From assembly GCA_041694835.1 (NCBI GenBank), contig JBGFRZ010000032.1, positions 12,544-76,543 of the forward strand: a DNA stretch of 64,000 bases. The letters run 5' to 3'. The position numbers and the translations under genes are program-made. This DNA comes from Ignavibacteria bacterium. GTDB lineage: Bacteria > Elusimicrobiota > Endomicrobiia > PHAN01. This document shows, one piece after another, positions 57,705-64,000 of this stretch. Every line of letters starts with the position of its first letter. The first letter of the stretch is position 1. The notes under the pieces are model-generated. The model was not told the origin of the DNA. It ran no database searches and saw only the letters and a list, made by a program, of their open reading frames with translations.

Positions 57705-58790
57705 TCATTTCCACACCCCGGGGATTTTATGCTTGCAAAATTTACATTTTCCATTTTCCATATCGTTACTTAAAACCGAGAAGTGAACTCTATGGATTAG
57801 TAGTTTGTCGCATCGAGGACAGAAAGTAGAGTTATATTTGTGTCCCGGGACATTGCCGATATAAACATATTGCAATCCTACTTCGTGAGCAATCTCTATC
57901 GCGCGCTCTAATGTCTTGACCGGCGTTGCCAGAAGATGAGTCAGTTTATATGCGGGATGAAAACGGCTGAAGTGCACGGGCACATCTTTTCCTAAATTAT
58001 CTCTTATCCATACGCACATCTTTTTTATCTCCTCAGGGTCATCGTTGAGTGTGGGAATGACGAGGTAGACAATTTCAAAGAAAGCGCCTTCTTCTTTCAA
58101 AACCTTAAGAGTTTTTAGCACCGGCTCAAGTTCTCCTGAGCATATTTCCCTGTAAAATTTTTCTGTGAACGCTTTAAGGTCAATTTTTACCGCACTTAAA
58201 TAAGGAAGAAGTTTTTTTAATGGCTCAGGATTAATATAGCCGTTTGAGACGATAGATGTTTTAAGTCCTTTTGCTTTGGCTACTTTGGAGATTTCATAAA
58301 TATACTCATAAAAAACAGTGGGTTCGGTATAGGTAAAGGAGATGGAGTCAACCCCAAGCCTCAATGCTTCTTTAACTATTTCTTCAGGAGATAGAGCATA
58401 TTCTCGCACTTCTCCCGGGCCCGCCTGTGAGATTTGCCAGTTGTGGCAGTTTTTACACTTTAAGTTGCAACTCACTGTAGCCAGGCAAAGCCGTTTATGT
58501 CCTGGAACAAAATGATATAAAGGCGCTTTCTCAATCGGCCCTATATCTACTGAGCAGGGTTTGCCATAAACTAATGAATATAATTTTCCTTGCCAATTTT
58601 CTCTTACTCGGCACAATCCCCTTTTTCCTTCAGAGATAATACATTTTCGAGGGCAGAGTTGACACCATACTTTGTTATCGTCTAACTTTTGGTAAAACAT
58701 CGCCTCTTTCAAATCCCTCTTGTCCGCTCTTAAATCAGCAGATATTAAAGAAAACAAAAATATTATTAACCCTATTTTTCTCATGCTCAT
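57705..58790 (-). CDS. AmmeMemoRadiSam-system-type radical SAM enzyme with signal-peptide-like N-terminus
   Basis: CQLCPRKC...CRVREN, PIEKAPLYHF, CNLKCKNC.NWQISQ, TYTEP, HFSRFHP and YIGNV. Confidence 0.85.
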   Translation of the reverse strand: MSMRKIGLIIFLFSLISADLRADKRDLKEAMFYQKLDDNKVWCQLCPRKCIISEGKRGLCRVRENWQGKLYSLVYGKPCSVDIGPIEKAPLYHFVPGHKRLCLATVSCNLKCKNCHNWQISQAGPGEVREYALSPEEIVKEALRLGVDSISFTYTEPTVFYEYIYEISKVAKAKGLKTSIVSNGYINPEPLKKLLPYLSAVKIDLKAFTEKFYREICSGELEPVLKTLKVLKEEGAFFEIVYLVIPTLNDDPEEIKKMCVWIRDNLGKDVPVHFSRFHPAYKLTHLLATPVKTLERAIEIAHEVGLQYVYIGNVPGHKYNSTFCPRCDKLLIHRVHFSVLSNDMENGKCKFCKHKIPGVWK

Positions 58791-58792
58791 CT

Positions 58793-59863
58793 TTATCTTA
58801 TCAGCCACCAGTAGCCACGAATATCCAGATTGGTCAGTCCCGATTCTTTTGCTTTCTTTACAACTCTTTCATATTCTTCTGAAGTTATTCTTCGGGATAT
58901 TTCGGGATAGTCATATGCTTTATATTGCGGGTTATATTGTGCCATAATGTTGACATAAGTATCATTGGGTAAATTTTTGGCAATCCATTCTATAACTTCT
59001 TCAGAACCGCTGACGGCATTTGGCATAACCAAAACACGAATCATCAGACCTCTGTATATGACACCATCTTTGGCGGGTTTCGCTACGCCAACCTGACGAT
59101 TCATCTCAAGGATTGCTTTTTTTGTATCGTCGGGATAACTCTTTGCACCAGCTGAATATTTTGCCGCAAGTTCACTGTCCCAGTATTTAAAGTCAGGTAG
59201 ATAAATGTCTACAACTCCGTCAAGAATTTTAAGAATTTCCATGCACTCCCATCCTGATGTATTATATACAACGGGCAGACGCAAACCTCTTGATGCGGCG
59301 ATATCAAGGGCTTTTAGAATGTGGGCGGTGTAGTGCGTGGGTGTGACGAGATTTATATTATGACAACCGATTTTCTGCAGATGTATCATCATATCAGCCA
59401 ACTCGTTGATACTTTTCACAGAACCTCTGCCGCGATGACTTATGTCCCAATTTTGGCAGAATAAACATCTGAGATTACAGTGTGCGAAAAATATCGTCCC
59501 TGAACCGCCTCTTCCCACCAATGGTCTTTCTTCGCCAAAATGTGGATGGACTGAAGAAATTACAAGTTCAGTGCCGCGGGAGCGGCAAAATCCCGTCTGC
59601 CCTTTCAGACGGTCAACTTGACATTTCCTCGGACAAAGCCGACATTTTTTCATTATATCCCACAATTTTTCAGCACGTCTTTTTAATTCGCCTGTCCGAT
59701 GAAGTTCCAAATAAACTGGTTCAAACTTAGCGTCTTTATCGGCAGATTTTTCAACCACGGTTTTTCTCCTTGTCTGACTGTGCTGGGCCCGCAGTCCCAT
59801 ATATAATGATACGCTTATAATCGTAAGTCCTAATACTGTTTTTAAAACCACACTTCGTTTCAT
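58793..59863 (-). CDS. PflX-like radical SAM protein with N-terminal hydrophobic segment
   Basis: CRLCPRKC, HFGEE..L.G.GGSGTIFF, CNLRCLFCQN, HNINLVTPTH and DIYLPDFKY. Confidence 0.85.
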   Translation of the reverse strand: MKRSVVLKTVLGLTIISVSLYMGLRAQHSQTRRKTVVEKSADKDAKFEPVYLELHRTGELKRRAEKLWDIMKKCRLCPRKCQVDRLKGQTGFCRSRGTELVISSVHPHFGEERPLVGRGGSGTIFFAHCNLRCLFCQNWDISHRGRGSVKSINELADMMIHLQKIGCHNINLVTPTHYTAHILKALDIAASRGLRLPVVYNTSGWECMEILKILDGVVDIYLPDFKYWDSELAAKYSAGAKSYPDDTKKAILEMNRQVGVAKPAKDGVIYRGLMIRVLVMPNAVSGSEEVIEWIAKNLPNDTYVNIMAQYNPQYKAYDYPEISRRITSEEYERVVKKAKESGLTNLDIRGYWWLIR

Positions 59864-59905
59864 AGAGATACATGGACTTCTATTAATTTAATTTTAACAA
59901 ATTCT

Positions 59906-62230
59906 TTAATCCATTTTTGTGCTTGGAGTCATTTTCGTAATTTCAGAAAAATATTTGTCGGCTACAATAATAAAACTACTCAATTTTAGTAATACAACCA
60001 CAACACAACTGCCAAAGAGTCCCAAAATCGGCAAAAGTAAAATGCCACCAAAGATTCCACCAAACCATCCGCCCAAAAGGTCAATACTATAAATGAGTCC
60101 TGCTGTTTCACTTAAATTCTGTCTACCTTTTAGATAAAGTTTATTTGCTAACGGAAATTGCGCTCCAACCAAAAATCCGCCAATAAACGAAAGCAGCAAA
60201 AACAACATCTGTAAAAAAATAAAAATACCCGTAGTGTCTAAGTAGGGTTTGATAATCAAAAATATGAACGGCAAGAAAAAAGAAAAACCGATTATTGACA
60301 AGTCAATATAAATAAAAAATTTGGCATGATTTTTTATCCGTGGCAAAAGAGATGTTATTTTGAGCGCGCCGATTGCTGCCCCTGCCATAAAAAATGACAC
60401 CAAAAGTCCAATCCAGGAAAAAACGTATCCGTAAATTGCCTGAAATGTGAAAATCAGCGCAATGTCAAACAACATCCCTGCAAAACCTGTTGTTCCTACA
60501 GAAAATGGAATTCCCGAGCCCCAAAAATTTTTTTTACGCTCTCTTATAATAAAAAATAAAATTATAAAAACCAGAAACAACGCAAAAAATATCCATAGAT
60601 TTAAATTCTGCAGCCATCTAAAAATATTCGCCAAAGAAGGTGTAAAAATTGCACTCCAGTGGGAGATACTATAAAACAATCCGCGGGGGATAAAATCATA
60701 GTTGATTTTTTGACTGCTTTCTTCTATAAATTTTAAAAACCAATCTGTCCATCCCTGGTGCAGTTTATATTCAATATGCCGCGGAACGATGAGATTTACT
60801 TTAAGGTTTCGTTCGCTTAACTGATTGATGAGCCGCGTTTTATCAAGCACCGATATTTCTTCAGAATTTGATGCAAGAAAAATGTTGGTTCCTTCGCCCG
60901 GAATTGCACGAATATGCGGGAATACATTTTTGAGCGTATGAAAAATGCTCCCGTTAAGATTTTTCAATTCGTCATTTAAATAAGTCAAAGAACCCGGCAA
61001 ACCAATAACCAATATACCATTCTTCTCCAATTTTTTTTCTGCTAAAGAAAAAAATTCTTTTGTAAAAAATCTGTTTGTCTGCAAATCCGACGGTTCTGTT
61101 AGTCCGACGAAAATTACATCATATCTTTTATCGGTAATTTTTAGCAATCGTCTGCCGTCAATATGTTTGATTTTTACCCTGTCGTCATTCAATTCATCTT
61201 CGGTCAGTTGTGTAGGAAATTTTTTTAAAAGTTGAAGCACCATGGGGTCAAGTTCGGTATACTCAATTAACTTCACCGACGAGTGTTTTAAAATTTCGTT
61301 TATAACCCCGCCCGCGCCCCCGCTTAAAACAAGAACCTTATCCGGATAAGGATGCGAAAGAAGTGCAAGATGGACAAATTCTTCCACAAACACTATATCC
61401 GGGACGGGCGTTATAATATGTGGAATACCATCTAAGAAAAAAGTATATTGTCCTTCTGTTTCAATAACGCAGATGTTTCCATATATGGAATTTTGATAAT
61501 GAACTACATTTTGAAATTTCCACTGAGATTTTATTGACCGACGATGAAGCCAATCTACGCCGCCAAAAAAAATGAAAAATGAACCCAGGGTGAACAAAAG
61601 ACACGAAATAATAATAATTATTTTTTGAAATCTGTCTGTTTTCCAAAACGGAACAAGTAGAAAAATACATATAAGAAAATTTAATACTGCAAGACCTATT
61701 GCGATGTGGAATGTATGCAAATACGGAATTAAGAGATATGTTACTGCGACTCCTCCGACAAGTGTCCCGACAGTTTCATATACATAGACCTTCCCTGTGC
61801 TTGATGCATCGTCGTTAGAAAAAAGCGAGTGAATCTTGCAGGCAAAAGTGAATAATGCTCCGTGGAATATACTCGTCAGTAAAAGTATAAAAAAAGAAGA
61901 ATAAAATATCGATAAAATACCAAGCCCTTGCCCTATGGAGACGCCGAGAATGTTTTTTAAACTGCGCGTGAGATATATTGCGGCAGGTAAAGATAGAGAA
62001 AATAGAATTGTAATAGCAACGAAAATTTCAATTTTATGTTTAATATTTTCAACTCTTTTGCCCAAAAAGAACGCACCCGATGCTTCAAGAATTAACCAGT
62101 TGGCAAGAATAATTCCAATCGAAAGTTCATTGCCTGCAAAAACGATCAAAAGTTCTCTCAAAAGCAGTATCTGTGCAACTAAACCGCTAAATCCCGTCAG
62201 TAATATGGCTATATTAAATCTATTTTTCAT
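59906..62230 (-). CDS. membrane-integral spermidine synthase-like protein (TM block - aminopropyl/methyltransferase - TM block)
   Basis: AQILLLRE..GNEL, VYVYETVGT, VLVLSGGAGG, ELDP, DGRR, NRFFTKEFF and YSIDLLGG. Confidence 0.82.
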   Translation of the reverse strand: MKNRFNIAILLTGFSGLVAQILLLRELLIVFAGNELSIGIILANWLILEASGAFFLGKRVENIKHKIEIFVAITILFSLSLPAAIYLTRSLKNILGVSIGQGLGILSIFYSSFFILLLTSIFHGALFTFACKIHSLFSNDDASSTGKVYVYETVGTLVGGVAVTYLLIPYLHTFHIAIGLAVLNFLICIFLLVPFWKTDRFQKIIIIISCLLFTLGSFFIFFGGVDWLHRRSIKSQWKFQNVVHYQNSIYGNICVIETEGQYTFFLDGIPHIITPVPDIVFVEEFVHLALLSHPYPDKVLVLSGGAGGVINEILKHSSVKLIEYTELDPMVLQLLKKFPTQLTEDELNDDRVKIKHIDGRRLLKITDKRYDVIFVGLTEPSDLQTNRFFTKEFFSLAEKKLEKNGILVIGLPGSLTYLNDELKNLNGSIFHTLKNVFPHIRAIPGEGTNIFLASNSEEISVLDKTRLINQLSERNLKVNLIVPRHIEYKLHQGWTDWFLKFIEESSQKINYDFIPRGLFYSISHWSAIFTPSLANIFRWLQNLNLWIFFALFLVFIILFFIIRERKKNFWGSGIPFSVGTTGFAGMLFDIALIFTFQAIYGYVFSWIGLLVSFFMAGAAIGALKITSLLPRIKNHAKFFIYIDLSIIGFSFFLPFIFLIIKPYLDTTGIFIFLQMLFLLLSFIGGFLVGAQFPLANKLYLKGRQNLSETAGLIYSIDLLGGWFGGIFGGILLLPILGLFGSCVVVVLLKLSSFIIVADKYFSEITKMTPSTKMD

Positions 62231-62281
62231 TATTAAAAAACTATAATTATCCTCTTTTCCCCCTGAATTTTATTGTCCTCT

Positions 62282-63526
62282 TTATAACGAGTGACCGCGC
62301 ATTGTTTCAGCCCGAAGATATTGCAACCTTTCCTCCACAACTTTCTTGAATGCATCTCTTTCTTCCGTCGGTACACTTTGAGAAGGAGGAAATTCCAGTT
62401 TCAAGAAATTGACAAATCTCCCGTGCTTCTCCATACGAAAATCAAGATGAGGCCCCGTGGAGAGTCCCGTGGAACCGACATATCCGATAACCTCTCCCTG
62501 TCTAACGCGCACTCCCCTTTTTATACCCCGGGAAAGTCGCGATAGATGTGAATACCAAGTTGAATAGACATGATTATGTCTCACTATTACATGAAGCCCG
62601 AGCCCTTTTCTCTTGCGTGTCTCACCCCATCCGGCATAAGTTACCGTGCCGTCGCCTATGCTCACAACAGGCGTCCCCGTAGGTGCGGCATAGTCAATTG
62701 CCAGAGAAGGCAACCATCTTCTCAGTATCGGATGAAATCGTCTGTGTGTAAAATAGGATGATATTCTCCTGTAATTTAATGGAGCCCGAAGAAAGAGCTT
62801 TTCTAAAGAGTTGCCCGATAGGTCATAATAACCGCCCCGGTGATTTGAGTCCTCAAAATATATTCCGGTATGTTTTCTTGTCTCTTTTCCGTCATATCTG
62901 GCGACAAGAATCTCACCTGTCTTCGTAACATTGTTTGCAAAATTATGTTGTTCATAGACAAGTTCAAATCGGTCGCCCCGTCTGGGTTCAGTCAGAAAGT
63001 CAATCTGCCAAGAAAAAATGTCGGCGAAATTCATAACAACATCAACCGGAATTCCTTTATTAGTCATTGCCTCATACAGAGATGACTCAATTTCACCCCG
63101 GACTGTGGTTAGGATTTTTTCTGAAGGAACATGTATCTTTTTACAATAAAATTTTTCATCTTCTGCTCTTTTTATGTTGTAATAGTTGACAGAGTCCCTC
63201 CAATATCTAAATCCGAGCACTTCCCCCGACTCTTTGCAACGGTAAAGTTCGTATATTTGTCCTGGATGTATATTCCTTACATTAAACTCTGATTTGAACG
63301 CCTCAATTATACTCTGTGATTCAGAGTGGGGAACATTTTCATTTGCCAATATCAAATCCAATGTGTTACCTGGTTTCACGGTTCCGGATGATACCGTAAT
63401 CTCACGTCCCGGGGCAATCGGTTCTGGAACATACTCTATTGCATTGTTTCTATTCAAGTATAAAATAAATGCAAAAAGACCCGCTATTCCTATTGTTATT
63501 ATTGGATATATAGTTTTTCTAACCAT
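62282..63526 (-). CDS. M23 peptidase-family protein (MepM/Csd3-like architecture)
   Basis: N-terminal TM, FSWQIDF, RISSYF...RFHPIL, IDYAAPTGTPV, YSHL and STGPHLDF. Confidence 0.85.
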   Translation of the reverse strand: MVRKTIYPIITIGIAGLFAFILYLNRNNAIEYVPEPIAPGREITVSSGTVKPGNTLDLILANENVPHSESQSIIEAFKSEFNVRNIHPGQIYELYRCKESGEVLGFRYWRDSVNYYNIKRAEDEKFYCKKIHVPSEKILTTVRGEIESSLYEAMTNKGIPVDVVMNFADIFSWQIDFLTEPRRGDRFELVYEQHNFANNVTKTGEILVARYDGKETRKHTGIYFEDSNHRGGYYDLSGNSLEKLFLRAPLNYRRISSYFTHRRFHPILRRWLPSLAIDYAAPTGTPVVSIGDGTVTYAGWGETRKRKGLGLHVIVRHNHVYSTWYSHLSRLSRGIKRGVRVRQGEVIGYVGSTGLSTGPHLDFRMEKHGRFVNFLKLEFPPSQSVPTEERDAFKKVVEERLQYLRAETMRGHSL

Positions 63527-63530
63527 ACAC

Positions 63531-63590
63531 TAATGCTCTTTTATCGGAGCAACTACAAAAAACACCAAGGATTGATGTCACAGAGCACTA
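63531..63590. mobile_element. 60-bp internally deleted remnant of MITE family B
   Basis: Right end ATGTCACAGAGCACTA matches the 55974-55989 TIR at 15 of 16 positions; left end TAATGCTCT resembles TAGTGCTCT. Confidence 0.45.
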
Positions 63591-63689
63591 ATTATCGGGC
63601 AGCATCTCAATCAATGCACGATGAGGCATTCGCTCCAATCCTTTTTTTATAACATCGCTTTTCATAAGTACTGTCGCTTTTTGTTCACT

Positions 63690-64000
63690 TTAGCAACTTT
63701 TGGTTTTTCTCTTTTGCCTGTAAGTCATGACTAATCTTTTGAGAACATAATACGAAATTATTGACACAATTGAGGCAATGATTAAATTGCCGGTTAAATA
63801 CAACAAACTTATCTCTCCTAATGACTTAAGTATTTTACCATTCTCTATTTGTTGAATGATAATATGCGCATCTGATGACCAAATCAAACTACCAATATAA
63901 GCGCTTCCCCCCCAAAATATTGGTGTAGTTATCGGATTCATTATGATGAGTATCCCAAGAATTGCCGCCGCATAGTTTAATCTAAATATTTTGCACAATG
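63690..64000 (-). CDS. DUF2062-like membrane protein, C-terminal part (runs off window)
   Basis: FRLN..AAILG...NPIT motif, hydrophobic helices and basic C-terminus. Confidence 0.65.
   Translation of the reverse strand, partial: LCKIFRLNYAAAILGILIIMNPITTPIFWGGSAYIGSLIWSSDAHIIIQQIENGKILKSLGEISLLYLTGNLIIASIVSIISYYVLKRLVMTYRQKRKTKSC

Noticed and set aside
521-63533. Numerous plus-strand and short alternative-frame ORFs in the track
   Set aside because: Nearly all are antisense or out-of-frame shadows of well-supported minus-strand genes and show no recognisable motifs.

Overview
This is 64 kb of bacterial chromosome in which essentially every real gene lies on the minus strand. The gene content suggests a diderm outside Bacteroidota and Proteobacteria, possibly Elusimicrobiota-like; that placement is my inference. 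Core blocks: rho-rpmE-prfA-prmC-murA-hisDBHAFI-trpEGD; yebC-ruvCAB-queH-DUF2905-spoIID-priA-addB-like; tRNA(CAT)-tilS-hpt-ftsH-folE-folP-cdaA-(mini-cdaR)-glmM-pdxJ-glmS. Envelope/accessory blocks: a c-di-GMP-I riboswitch in front of a 1681-aa FG-GAP/Fn3 surface protein with a T9SS type-B-like C-terminal domain, followed by a PorP/PorV-like barrel, a 1471-aa membrane-anchored coiled coil, a FecR-domain protein and two beta-barrels; a PorV-like gene with two O-antigen-ligase/TPR proteins; and a visibly AT-richer radical-SAM/spermidine-synthase/SagB-type cluster whose enzymes carry N-terminal signal or anchor segments. The most unusual layer is the repeat DNA. (i) Bipartite purine-then-pyrimidine heptamer arrays occur at many gene junctions, in-frame inside hisF, and as the apparent signal peptide of a barrel protein; a short heptamer tract also sits in hisH. 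(ii) A 176-bp MITE is present in three copies, each with a perfect 5-bp TSD at a TATAAT-like site. (iii) A 276-bp TA-flanked MITE family shows compensatory changes in its ends. (iv) Short palindromes are inserted in CDSs and in the riboswitch. (v) An intact tRNA is nested inside a hairpin that splits a second copy of the same tRNA at the anticodon loop. No transposase, CRISPR array, rRNA or prophage was seen.
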